Assembly: GCF_001194135.2 (NCBI RefSeq)
Contig: NC_068994.1
Span: forward strand, 32,789,939-32,853,938
Direction of reading: 5' to 3'
Source of the DNA: Octopus bimaculoides
Lineage: Eukaryota
DNA length: 64,000 nucleotides
How positions within the stretch are numbered: position 1 is the first letter of the stretch; each line of letters starts with the position of its first letter. A program made the position numbers and the translations under genes. The notes beneath the pieces were generated by a model that saw only the letters and a program-made list of their open reading frames with translations, was not told the origin of the DNA and did not search any database. Positions 38,586 through 51,684 of the stretch are shown piece by piece.

Positions 38586-38961
38586 ATGGATATTTCTATG
38601 TACATATATATATACTGTGTGTGTGTGTGTGAGTGTGTGCAGCTTAGATGTAGAACCAAAAATCTTCAAATATTTCAGACCTGATTATGGCATATTACTA
38701 TATTGATTTATTGGAATGGCAGCAATATAATCCTCCTACCACTTCTCTCTCTCTTTCTCTCTCTCCCCATTCCTCTCTCTCTCTCTCTCGGACCTCTTTC
38801 TCTCCCTCTCTCTCTCTCTCTCTCTCGGACCTCTTTCCCTCCCTCTCTCTCTCTCTCTCTGTCACTCTCCAACTCTTTATCAATCTATCGCCACAACCAG
38901 ACACAGAATCACTGAATCATGCATATGAAAAATCAAAACAAAAAGAAACAAAATAAAACAA

Positions 38962-39011
<50 letters not shown>

Positions 39012-39191
39012 TAATAATAATGAGCATTTAATTTAGTCCAGTGAAAAAAAAATATGCATATGTACAGTAACCGTTGTGCATTAAATACATAATAACATAA
39101 GTCTTAAGTGCTCATAGAATGCACTTCCCTTTGCAAGTACAAGCTGATGCATATACGGACGTGAGTGTGTGTGTGTGTGTTTGTATTTGGT

Positions 39192-39222
<31 letters not shown>

Positions 39223-39570
39223 GTGCGTGCGTAGATATGTATGTTATTACATGACGAGTTTTATCTGCATGCAAGCTTTTCAATTAATTCAATTGGCCAG
39301 GAAATAAGCTAAAAATTAATATAGATGTAATGAAGAAAAGGTGGGAGGGGGGCGAAAAAAAAAAGAAAGCTATATAAAAAAAACAAATAAAAAGCATACA
39401 CACTTAAAAAAGACAATGAAAAATAAAAAAAGAACATTGGGGAATAAACATCAAAACTCACTCAAACATGTGAACACACACACACACACATACATACATA
39501 CATATAAGCATGATGTATTTGTAAACACCTACAAATATCTAAAGCTATAGAACAGATACATGTATGTGAG

Positions 39571-39602
<32 letters not shown>

Positions 39603-39611
39603 TATATACAT

Positions 39612-39658
<47 letters not shown>

Positions 39659-39711
39659 CATATAAATATATATATATATATATACATACATATAAATATA
39701 TATATACATAC

Positions 39712-39742
<31 letters not shown>

Positions 39743-40390
39743 AATATATNNNNNNNNNNNNNNNNNNNNNNNNNNNNNNNNNNNNNNNNNNNNNNNNNNN
39801 NNNNNNNNNNNNNNNNNNNNNNNNNNNNNNNNNNNNNNNNNNNNNNNNNNNNNNNNNNNNNNNNNNNNNNNNNNNNNNNNNNNNNNNNNNNNNNNNNNNN
39901 NNNNNNNNNNNNNNNNNNNNNNNNNNNNNNNNNNNNNNNNNNNNNNNNNNNNNNNNNNNNNNNNNNNNNNNNNNNNNNNNNNNNNNNNNNNNNNNNNNNN
40001 NNNNNNNNNNNNNNNNNNNNNNNNNNNNNNNNNNNNNNNNNNNNNNNNNNNNNNNNNNNNNNNNNNNNNNNNNNNNNNNNNNNNNNNNNNNNNNNNNNNN
40101 NNNNNNNNNNNNNNNNNNNNNNNNNNNNNNNNNNNNNNNNNNNNNNNNNNNNNNNNNNNNNNNNNNNNNNNNNNNNNNNNNNNNNNNNNNNNNNNNNNNN
40201 NNNNNNNNNNNNNNNNNNNNNNNNNNNNNNNNNNNNNNNNNNNNNNNNNNNNNNNNNNNNNNNNNNNNNNNNNNNNNNNNNNNNNNNATATATATATATA
40301 TATATATATACACACGTGCATACATACATACATACACACACACATATATATATATCTATATAGATATATATCTCTATACATGTGTTTGTT

Positions 40391-40429
<39 letters not shown>

Positions 40430-40829
40430 ATATATCTATATATATATATTCGTTTATTTATATATGTATATATACACAAACACTGTATATGTATACATAT
40501 ATATATATACCCAATACCAGTATATATATTTAATTTTTTTACATAATATCTATACATATTTGTATATTGTTTTTTGGTAGGCAGTTTATTTTGCTGGAGT
40601 TCGTTAAGACCAGTCTAACATGAGTGTTGTGTGATGAGCGAGCTTGTGTGTGTGTGTGTGTGTGTTTCTGTCCATGTCAATGAAATTCAACTATATATGT
40701 AGATATGTATGTGTGTTTGTTTATGTATATGTGTGAATGGGTCATTACGAGTAGTCTAGGTAACTGCAGTGATATGTGTTTTGTGTGTTACACATGAGAG
40801 CATATGCACACATACCAACACTGCCAAGT

Positions 40830-40864
<35 letters not shown>

Positions 40865-41111
40865 CTTTATATATTTATACATAGACACACATGAGAAAGT
40901 GTTCATATGTGTACAAGTCTATAATTAATTATATTGAACCATATATATTTATATACATTTGCATGCAACTCCACATTCTCCACACATACAAACACACACA
41001 TGCATATGCATAGATTCATGTCTATATAGATAGATAAATAGATAAATACATTCATACATACATATACATGCACATATATATGTGCATACATGTATATATA
41101 CATGTATGCAC

Positions 41112-41171
<60 letters not shown>

Positions 41172-42731
41172 GCATATATCATCATCACCATTTAAAATCT
41201 GTTTGATGGTGTGCTAGATGCTACACTGTGCTCCATATCAACCTTGCAGGAGTTTCTGCACCCAAATATGCAGTGTGTACTGGGTGCTTTACTCATGTCA
41301 TTGGTGCATGTTAGCTTACCAAGTAACATGCAAGATAAGAAAGAACAAGGGGGAAATCCCTTTTAAATAAGTGGTGGGGGGTATTTGAGAAGGTGGAGAA
41401 GTGATTTCAAGCATGAATAGAGTGGACTTGCTATAGAGAAGATATATGCCTACAAGCATATATATACATATATAATGTCCTGTTTCGTGATGGCAAGATC
41501 AACAAAAGAAGTACTCCACCTGGTGAGAGATAAGTATTATTTAATAAACACAATATGATTTTATGCACTACTATTAGTTTCATGTGGTGGGAGCATACCA
41601 AACAGTGCTTTTTAATACATCTGCTGTCTTAGCACAATCATCAGACATTGCCCACATAGCATCACGAACTTCTCATTTTAAGTTCGTTATACTATGAGGG
41701 CAGTGCCTGATGATTGTGCCAGGACACCAGACATGTTGAAAAACAGTTTGGCATGCTCTCATCACATAAAAATAATAGTAGCATATAGAAACATATATTG
41801 TGTTTATTAACTAATATTATATATATATATATATATGAAACATGGTTGCCCAGACGCTCAGATGTTATACATCGCTGGTCACAATGCACTTTGCTTTGTT
41901 TTAGCTTCTGAATGATGCTACCCCATTGGCTATGTGAGCAGGCCAGCATTCCTCCTGATCAGAAAGCTACTCCACCATAGGGTTACCCTTTTACTGTTGA
42001 GTGGACTACAGCAATGTGTGACGATGTGTTTTTCTCAAGACTACAACACACAGCCAGTCTGGGAATCAAATCCACTAAGCAATATATACACATATGCACA
42101 TACACACGAGGGTGAATCAGAAAATTGTGTTACTTTCTGATCCACCTTCATACTTATATATATCCACTCATACATACACATATATTACAGGTAAGTTAAC
42201 TATTTCAATGCTATGCTATAGAGATGAATGTTCATAGATTTTAGCTAATATTGTATATATATAGACAAACTGTAAATGACTTGTCTATGTATTTTGTGTT
42301 CAAAAAGTGAGATCAGCCAGTCTTGTTTCAAATCTGTGTTGGTATTTCATAACAACCAGGATCCTTGTTTTACTCTCTGTAAGGCAACTATCTGTTATAA
42401 AGGGCTTAAGCAAACTGGGTAGACTGATTTGTTTATACATGGCTGATTGATTGATTGATTGACAAACAGACAGATTGATAATAGATAGATAGATAAATAT
42501 AGATAGATTAGTAGATAGATAGATAGATAAACAGGTTGACTTAGCCCTTCATGATACTTAAAGTTTCATGGATGTGAAAACACGACCAGCTCCTCAGTCA
42601 TTCAGAAGCAAAGTGAGGAAGAAGCAAACTGACCTCTATTTACAGAGAGAACTTAATCCCCATTGGTCAATTCAGGTCATGTTGAAGGGATGATAACTCT
42701 ATGACATCAGGTCTCTCTACATAGATATTAA

Positions 42732-42952
42732 CCCTTTAACATTCAGATTACTCTGTCAAGTGTAATGTATATTTATTCATAGTGTTTTGAATTAAACATG
42801 CATTATCATGTACCTTCAAGATTTCAATGATGTGATTGTTTATTTTTAGAGTGACATTGTAGGATAGGTGTGAGAAGTTGGATCTAGTCAGTTTGAAAGT
42901 AAAACAGGTAGAATATTTTGGGCCGGATATGGATGGCTTAAATGCTGAAGGG
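42732..42952. mobile_element. Second piggyBac-type MITE (221 bp)
   Basis: TTAA at 42728-42731 and 42953-42956; termini CCCTTTAACATTCAG / TTAAATGCTGAAGGG (11 of 15 complementary). Confidence 0.8.
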
Positions 42953-43041
42953 TTAATGCCACTTTGTCATCAAAGCTCATATCTGATGCATCTTCATCAT
43001 CACTGCTTATATCAAGGGGTGGTGGGGAATAGATTCCACAT

Positions 43042-43093
<52 letters not shown>

Positions 43094-43279
43094 AATATCT
43101 GATTGTCAGTTCTGGTCATGTGGATGTAGCTATATCACAATGACAATAGATGAATGCCACTAAGTCATCAGTGTGTGGTGCTTGGTGTAGATGCTGGTAG
43201 CATGTCTGCCAGATCATTGAGTTGCAGGAATGAGGGACTGTAATGTTCATGTAGACATCAAGCATAGTATAGCATGGTA

Positions 43280-43720
43280 AAGGGTGGTATACTGAAATTA
43301 GTGGAGTTAAAAGTTTGTAAGACATCAAAAATGTGTTCTCATATAAAATATCAGTCTTTCTAATAATGGATACTGCAGGCGGTTGGAATATATGCAGCAA
43401 TTTGCAGCTCCAGGTGAATAAGGTGAAGTTCAATTGAGTTATACTCCACGAGGTCACAGAGACAAGGTGGTACACTTTTTCATCCTTACATCTGAATGAA
43501 TGCATATGTCACGAGTATCTTCCCTTGAAGTCATTGTCAGTTGTGCCCATGTAGTGTCTTATGATACAACTGGGTGACCCTATAAACCATGGCTTTCAAG
43601 AGGCAGGATTCTTGCAACAGACAGTTGGTAGGATTTTAGAAGTTGCAGATGGTGATGTGGGATGGAAATTATGTGGATGCATGTTTGTTTCTGCAATAGC
43701 ATGTGATGTCAGAAGCAATG
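43280..43720 (-). mobile_element. Degenerate Penelope-like GIY-YIG endonuclease relic
   Basis: Frameshifted minus-strand pieces NCLLQESCLLKAMVYRVT / TTDNDFKGRYS*HMHSFRCKDEK resemble the PLE motif order C-x-C...KAIVYKATV...TENDFKTRYNNHxHSFR (from memory). Confidence 0.55.
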
Positions 43721-43909
43721 TCAATCTTAACATTAAGAAGTTTATAATATTTATGGGACAGAGGGAAATGTTGCTTGATTGCAGTTAGAAAGCTGTTAGC
43801 TATATTACTAAAACCACCTAGGTTGAGTGGAGGATTATACCAGATCAGCTTTCCCTTTTTAACATGGGGTGGTGATGCAAATGGGTGGGTGGTAGTGACC
43901 CATGTATAC

Positions 43910-44130
43910 TAACTTCAAATTTTGGCACAACGCCAGCAATTTTGGGGGAGGAGGTAAATTCATTACAGTGACCCCAGTGTTCAACTGGTACTTATTTTAT
44001 TGTTTATTGACCCCAGAAAGGATGAAAGTCAAAGTTGACCTTGGTGGAATTTGAACTCAGAACGTAAAGATGGACGAAATGTCTCTAAGCCTTTTTCCCA
44101 GTTTAGTAACAATTCTACCAGCTCGCTGCC

Positions 44131-44181
<51 letters not shown>

Positions 44182-44640
44182 GCAATAATAGTTTCAAATT
44201 TTGGCACAAGGCCAGCAATTTCGGTAAGAGGGGTTAAGCCAATTACTTTGACCCCAATGTTCAACTGGTACCTATTTCATCAACCCTGGAAGGATAAAAG
44301 GCAAAGTTGACTTAGGCAGAATTTGAACTCAGAACGTAAGGATGGATGAAACGCAACTAAGCAATTTTGCCCAGCATGCTAATAATCCTACCACTTAACT
44401 GCTTTTCTTTCTACAATGGGCACAAGGCCTGAAATTTTGCAGGAAGGGGCTTGTCAATTTTAAAGGCCCCCGGTGCTCAACTGGTACTTCTTTTAATGCC
44501 CCCCCCCCCACCTCACCCCAAAGGGTGGAGAGGCAAAGTTGGCTTTGACAGCATTTGAACCCAGAACATAAAGAACCCCGAAAGAAATGCCGCTAAGCAT
44601 TTTTCTCCAGAGCACTAACGATTCTGCCAACTCACCACCA
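43910..44640 (-). mobile_element. Array of 3 S2 SINE copies in (AAT)n
   Basis: Units at ~43910-44133, 44191-44405 and 44408-44640; (AAT)n at 44134-44190 and after 44640. Confidence 0.9.
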
Positions 44641-45361
44641 ATAATAATCATAATAATAATAATAATAATAATAATAACACACTGTTAGCAGTTGCGATGG
44701 TAGAGAATGGATAACAAAAATGGAATGTATGCACACACACATACAAAAATAACAAAGAAACAGAATGAGGATGTAGAAAAATTTATATTCCTATATAAAC
44801 CAAATTGGAATATCAATTTATTTGGTGGTTGAAGAGAAAAATCGTTAGAATTATATATATATATATATATTGCATTTTGTTTTATTTTCATAAGATTCTT
44901 TATTATTTTTTTTTAGTCTTCCTACCTTTTCACAAAGTTTTGTTTCATTTATTTATTCATTTATTTATTTTTATTATTTTTATTTTATTTTCTATTTGTG
45001 CGATCCTCTTTCCCTCGGTTTCGCTTTTCTGTTCTTTTGTCCCCCCCACCACCTCTCTCGTTTTTGTTTCCTTATTTCTTTTTTTTTTCTTCCTCTTTCT
45101 AACGGTTTGTTATTGTTGTTGCTGTCGTTGTTGTTGTTGTTGTTGTTGTTGCAATTGTTTTGCATTTCGAAAAAGGAAATCTAATCCTTGTAAAATATTT
45201 TTCCTTCCTTAAATGTGTATGTAAGTAAGTGCATATAAGTATATACATATATATGGGTGTGTGTTCATGTCTATATGTATATATATGTGTGTGTTTGTGT
45301 GTATATATATATAAACATACATACACACACATCTAAATACATATACATAAATACGTACATC

Positions 45362-45412
<51 letters not shown>

Positions 45413-45807
45413 NNNNNNNNNNNNNNNNNNNNNNNNNNNNNNNNNNNNNNNNNNNNNNNNNNNNNNNNNNNNNNNNNNNNNNNNNNNNNNNNNNNNNNNN
45501 NNNNNNNNNNNNNNNNNNNNNNNNNNNNNNNNNNNNNNNNNNNNNNNNNNNNNNNNNNNNNNNNNNNNNNNNNNNNNNNNNNNNNNNNNNNNNNNNNNNN
45601 NNNNNNNNNNNNNNNNNNNNNNNNNNNNNNNNNNNNNNNNNNNNNNNNNNNNNNNNNNNNNNNNNNNNNNNNNNNNNNNNNNNNNNNNNNNNNNNNNNNN
45701 NNNNNNNNNNNNNNNNNNNNNNNNNNNNNNNNNNNNNNNNNNNNNNNNNNNNNNNNNNNNNNNNNNNNNNNNNNNNNNNNNNNNNNNNNNNNNNNNNNNN
45801 NNNNNNN

Positions 45808-45851
<44 letters not shown>

Positions 45852-46209
45852 TCACATACATTGTATACATATGTATGTACATGCATACTTACATATGTAA
45901 TAAATGAGGAATTTCTTCATAAGAAAATTACATGAATCTCGCCTTTCATGACTGTATATTCATTGAATATGGTGTGCGTTTTCGGTACAAATGTATTCTG
46001 AGAACTTACGTGCTGTGTATGCACTGACGTTCCAAACTTGGCGTGCATTGCCGACTAATTTTAGTTAAGACAGTCTTGTTATTGCTGTTTTTGTTGTGTT
46101 GTTGTTGTCGTTGTTGTTATTGACACAAACAACAACAGTAAACATATAAAACAAGTAATGTAAAATGAACGAAAAATGTATATAATTCACACCAACGTCT
46201 CTCTCTCTT

Positions 46210-47090
46210 TCTCTCTTTCACCACCACCACCATCGTGAATACCACTGCCACCACCACCACCATCATCATCATAATCCTACTATTTACTGGCATTAACGAC
46301 AAGCACAACAACAACAACAATGCCAGTATCTACATTAAGTGTACAATGCTATGAATAGAAACAGCCACAACAACAACAACAAACACAACAACAGCAACAT
46401 CTACATTAAGTGTAATGGTATCAATAGCAACAACAACAACAACATGCTCAACATGAATGACCGGAAGTCCACCATCACCACCACCACCACAGCTATTGTT
46501 GGCAACCATGAATGGTAGTACACTGCCTGCACTACAACCAACATTAATACTATCATTAGCATCATTGTTATTATCATCAAGACCATCACCAACGCTATTA
46601 TCAACATTATTATCATCATTATCATTACTATGAGTATTTTTACAATCATTACCATCAATCATCNNNNNNNNNNATCACCATCATTAACATTATGAGCATT
46701 TTTACCATCATTACTATTGCTATCATTACCATGACTCTCATTACTATTATTATAAATGCCATCATTACTCTCAGCCATCACTATCATTACCTTGACCATC
46801 ATCATCATCATCATCAACATCATTATCACCATCAACATTATTGGCATCATTATCATTCTTATGAACATTTCTTACCATCATTACCATTCCTATCATTATT
46901 ACTGTTACTATCAGTACCATCATTACAATTGCCATCACTATCATCTCTAGCATTACCATCAATATAATATCATTACTACCACTGCCATTAACCTTCAACA
47001 TTATTACTATCACTATCATAACCATCACTATTATCACTATCATTACCATAGAAATCAATACCATTAATATCATTACCATCATTATTATTA
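46210..47090. repeat. Degenerate (CAT/CAC/CAA)n low-complexity tract
   Basis: Read directly; source of the poly-Ile/His/Met ORFs. Confidence 0.9.
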
Positions 47091-47469
47091 GGTCTGGTGC
47101 CTGACATGTTCCCTTTCACCAAGAATTCTCCATCTTGAAAGATTTCTCCTGGGGTAAATGCTATCTCCCAGCTGTGTTGTCAGGACTGAAGGTACACATG
47201 CTGAGAGTAGGTTCATTCATGCAGATCATTCTCATCTGTCTTACTTACTTTTACAGCTAATTCACCAGAGGGTGCTATTTCATCTTCCATCCTCCCCTTT
47301 CTTTCCAAGTGGAATTTGAAGACCTTGATGAAGAGGAAAATGTCAATGCCAAACTTACGTTGTTTCCATAAACAGAAATCATCAGAACATCCTTCAGTGG
47401 TGCTTTGGCATTAAAAATAATTTATATACTACTTTTATCACAAAAACACCACTGTATTGTACCAAACCC

Positions 47470-48222
47470 ACTAAAGGTCGATGGTACTCAGACAAAGTCC
47501 TCACAGATACTCCAAATGTAGGTCTTCACCAACAATGAGTATGGCTTCTGGTGAAAGCACATCCTTGCCATAACTATGACAACATCTCAAAGACTGGTCC
47601 TTATAAGGATCAGAAAATATTTCAGTCCCCAACAATTGCAGATACTCTACAAAGCTCAAGTGAGGTTGTCAATGGAGTACTGTTCCCACACCTGGGACAG
47701 TGTTACAGTTATGTACAGAGACATCCAGGGCCATTCAACAAATTGGCATTCAATCACCAACAGGCACACTCAAGCCTCTAGTTCACTACCATGCTGTCTT
47801 CTTTCTCTGTCGTTTCCTATCACTACTATAATTGCCTCTGTTCCTTGGAGCATACTGATCCCATATAATAGCCTCTGTTCTCTTGAGTAGACTGGTCTTG
47901 TAGCTACTATAATGGCATCTGTTCATCAGAGCTGGCTGGTTCCATATCTACCTAACACAAGTACATCTAACCCATATGTCCCTTGATCATTCATCACTCT
48001 AGTTGTTTCTCTACCCTTGCACCATATTGATCAGTATGCCCAGTCCTTCCTACCAAGATCATCATCTCTCTGGAATTTCCACCCAACTTATGTCTTCTTT
48101 GCATGTAACGACTTGCAACGGTTTAAACGGAACACTAATGACATTAAGTGTACTAGTCTCAGAGAGCTTGCAAAGATCATGGGCATTACCCCAACCACCA
48201 GACGACACACAAAGTAAGAAAA
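47470..48222 (+). mobile_element. CR1/Jockey-like LINE 3' fragment (RT thumb region)
   Basis: TSQRLVLIRIRKYFSPQQLQILYKAQVRLSMEYCSHTW (ORF 47576) and YAQSFLPRSSSLWN...DLQRFKRN (ORF 48017) match the LYKAQVRPxLEYCSxxW and FFPRTxRLWNxLP motifs. Confidence 0.85.
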
Positions 48223-48559
48223 ATGATATTGTCTTTTAAATTAAACTGGACAGTTGTGGCTGGAATGTCTTATCATCCAAGAACAGGAATGGTCAGTCTT
48301 GAAATATTCACAGGGCTTTAACTGACCTAAATATATGGTAGAAAATACTTTATGTCAGGTCACTCTTGAACTACTGCTAATATATAACCCAGTACAGCCT
48401 GCCACATGGTAAATTTATTGGTGACTAAACTGGTAACCTCACCAAGCCTGCTTGATGAGGAAGGTGATTTAGTGGAAATCTTGCATGATAAAAGACAAAA
48501 CTCATCAAAGGGTGGAGGAACTCAAGAGAATCCATGGTCATCCAATAATGTGTGAAGCT

Positions 48560-48700
48560 AATAATGTATTGCACTCACAACTATGAGATCATGGTCTCCA
48601 TTTCCAAACTAACTGTGCATTGTGTTCTTGAGCAAAGCACTTCATTCCACATTGCTCCGGTCCACTCAGCTGTTATTGAGTAAGCTTGTGATGGATTAGC
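48560..48700 (+). mobile_element. S4 SINE fragment
   Basis: cactcacaactatgagatcatgg...tgtgttcttgagcaaagcacttcattccacattgctccggtccactcagctg. Confidence 0.7.
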
Positions 48701-50714
48701 ATACAACGGTAAGATGGTGACTCAGTAAAATAACCTGAACAGAAACCTCACGAACCAGATTTCACACTCAGCAATCTAAACGCGGTAAATTACAACCTGT
48801 ACAGAGAATCCTAACTGATTGGGATTGGTTGATCAACTACATCGAAAGATGAATAAATGAAATGAATAAGATATTTGCCCAAGGTGTAGGTGCCATACAG
48901 TGGGGCTGAACCTGAAAATGTGGAGTTACAAAATCAACGACTTAGACACAAAACCATCCATTTCGTTCAACGCAATTCATTCTGTTCTCTGTCGCGCTTG
49001 TATTAATTTGTTTTCCATAGAATCAGTATAGTTAATGGAACTGATCTTAGAATATCAGTTCTNNNNNNNNNNNNNNNNNNNNNNNNNNNNNNNNNNNNNN
49101 NNNNNNNNNNNNNNNNNNNNNNNNNNNNNNNNNNNNNNNNNNNNNNNNNNNNNNNNNNNNNNNNNNNNNNNNNNNNNNNNNNNNNNNNNNNNNNNNNNNN
49201 NNNNNNNNNNNNNNNNNNNNNNNNNNNNNNNNNNNNNNNNNNNNNNNNNNNNNNNNNNNNNNNNNNNNNNNNNNNNNNNNNNNNNNNNNNNNNNNNNNNN
49301 NNNNNNNNNNNNNNNNNNNNNNNNNNNNNNNNNNNNNNNNNNNNNNNNNNNNNNNNNNNNNNNNNNNNNNNNNNNNNNNNNNNNNNNNNNNNNNNNNNNN
49401 NNNNNNNNNNNNNNNNNNNNNNNNNNNNNNNNNNNNNNNNNNNNNNNNNNNNNNNNNNNNNNNNNNNNNNNNNNNNNNNNNNNNNNNNNNNNNNNNNNNN
49501 NNNNNNNNNNNNNNNNNNNNNNNNNNNNNNNNNNNNNNNNNNNNNNNNNNNNNNNNNNNNNNNNNNNNNNNNNNNNNNNNNNNNNNNNNNNNNNNNNNNN
49601 NNNNNNNNNNNNNNNNNNNNNNNNNNNNNNNNNNNNNNNNNNNNNNNNNNNNNNNNNNNNNNNNNNNNNNNNNNNNNNNNNNNNNNNNNNNNNNNNNNNN
49701 NNNNNNNNNNNNNNNNNNNNNNNNNNNNNNNNNNNNNNNNNNNNNNNNNNNNNNNNNNNNNNNNNNNNNNNNNNNNNNNNNNNNNNNNNNNNNNNNNNNN
49801 NNNNNNNNNNNNNNNNNNNNNNNNNNNNNNNNNNNNNNNNNNNNNNNNNNNNNNNNNNNNNNNNNNNNNNNNNNNNNNNNNNNNNNNNNNNNNNNNNNNN
49901 NNNNNNNNNNNNNNNNNNNNNNNNNNNNNNNNNNNNNNNNNNNNNNNNNNNNNNNNNNNNNNNNNNNNNNNNNNNNNNNNNNNNNNNNNNNNNNNNNNNN
50001 NNNNNNNNNNNNNNNNNNNNCATATATATACATACCTCTTTCCAAATGATGGAATTATTTAAAAAGAGGGTATATATAAAAAAAAAAATGAGGATGTCTT
50101 TGAAATGTCATATGAATCTTATCTACTTTGCACAATTGTAAAAGAAAGCTAAGCCAGAAGGGGAAAATAAATTTAAAGACAAGAGAATTGGTGAAAAAAA
50201 TAAAAGAATAAAAAGAATATAATTTTAAATAATTTAAGAAAAATAGTAAGTAATGCTAAAAGTAGGAAATTCATGAAATAGAATTAAATGAAAAAAAAAA
50301 GAAAATTTTGTGCAACGTTATAAATGTCACTTATGATATCTTCCTATTCACTGCGGCCATTGTCATCGACTTCCTCTTTATGAGTATTAGCATGAATATA
50401 ATCAACAGCGTTATCATAATCATCATAGACATGACCATTAACACAAACAATATCAACATTGTCATCATCAATATCCTTTTCCTCTTGACAATTTAGAATG
50501 AATATCATCATCGTCATTATCATCATCATTATCATAGTTGAAGATACTTGCTGAAGGTGCCACACAATGGGACTGAACCTGAAACCATGCGGATGGGAAC
50601 TAAACATCTCAGCCACACAGTTTGTACACATATTGGTTTCAGATTCAGGCACAAGGCCGGCAATTTTGGGGGAGGGGGTAAGTCGATTACATCAACCCCA
50701 GTGCTCAACTGGTA

Positions 50715-51309
50715 TTGGGTTGTCTGGAAAGTTCATGCCGATTTATAGTAGCTTACCTTTCAACTTATTTTAGAACATGTTTGAGTCCATAAAATAGGAT
50801 TTGACTACACCTCCATTTAGAGCACAGTTTAAGCTATCTTTTCATAGAAGAAGGTTTATGTTCCTATAACCTGTGTTAATTCTGTAACCCTTTAAAATAG
50901 AAGATAAGAAAGTTCATTTTCGGCACTTGATGCTTTTCTTTTTCCGTAAAGGGAAAAATGCCTCACAAGCAATCAAAGAAATATGCGCAGTTTACGGTGA
51001 TGTTTCTTTATCCGAAAGAACTGTACGGAAGTGGTTCGCAAGGTTCCGAGCTGGAGATTGTAGCCTTATTGATAAAGAGCGATCAGGCAGACCATCCACT
51101 ACAGATGATGACCAAATCAAGTCATTAATTGAGAATAACCCACGTTGCACAACCCGAGAATTGGCAGAAAGCCTCAACCTGTCAAAATCCGTCGTTCATG
51201 AGCACCTGGTAAAGCTTGGGTACACAAATCGCTACGATGTTTGGGTATCACATGAGTTCAGTGAAAAGAACCTTTTGGAAAATCGGCAAGAAATTTCCGG
51301 ACAACCCAA
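50715..51309 (+). mobile_element. Internally deleted mariner transposon, mellifera-subfamily-like (595 bp)
   Basis: 30-bp TIRs at 50715-50744 and 51280-51309 (27/30 identical); TA at 50713-50714 and 51310-51311. Confidence 0.95.
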
Positions 51310-51367
51310 TATTTCTTTTATCAATCCCAAAAAGATGAAAGGCAAAGTCAACCTCTGCAGGATTTGA
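50897..51367 (+). pseudogene. Truncated mariner transposase: N-terminal HTH DNA-binding region only
   Basis: Stop-free frame (ATA)EDKKVHFRHLMLFFFRKGKNASQA...ERTVRKWFARFRAGD...RSGRPST...WVSHEF, then reads through the right TIR into SINE sequence. The start codon is ATA at 50897, with an in-frame ATG at 50930. No catalytic DD34D domain. Confidence 0.9.
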
Positions 51368-51449
51368 ACTAAGAGCATAAAGACAGACAAAATGCCGCTG
51401 AGCTAATGATTCTGCCAGCTCGCCACCTTACAGCCTGTATACACACTAA

Positions 51450-51675
51450 TCTTTTTACTCTTTTACTTGTTTCAGTCATTTGACTACGACCATGTTGGGG
51501 CATCGCCTTTAGTCGAACAAATTGATCCCAGGGCTTATTCTTTGTAAGCCTACTACTTATTTTATTGGTCTCTTTTGCCGAACTACCAAGTTATGGGTAT
51601 GTAAACACACCAACATCGGTTGTCAAGCGATAGTGAGAGGGACAAACACAGACACTCAAATACACACATATATAT
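51450..51675 (-). mobile_element. S1 SINE 3' half
   Basis: ttttacttgtttcagtcatttgac...gacaaacacagacac. Confidence 0.85.
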
Positions 51676-51684
51676 ATAGTTTAA

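Larger units (their letters stand above)
50636..51430 (-). mobile_element. S2 SINE split by the mariner insertion
   Basis: The left part ends ...ccccagtgctcaactggTA; the right part resumes TAtttcttttatcaatccc...gatgaaaggcaaagtc. Confidence 0.85.

Noticed and set aside
40630-40700. snoRNA C box (GTGATGA)
   Set aside because: There is no downstream CTGA D box or terminal stem; it runs into (TG)n.
41707-41745. CTGATGA...GAAA on the plus strand
   Set aside because: There is no closing pair or helix; this is a chance match.
47352-47395. Hammerhead-like CTGATGA...GAAAC..GTA on the minus strand
   Set aside because: There is no proper stem II, and helix I pairing is poor.
48753-48800. Candidate minus-strand exon with good acceptor and GTGAGG donor
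   Set aside because: Stop codons occur in all three frames.
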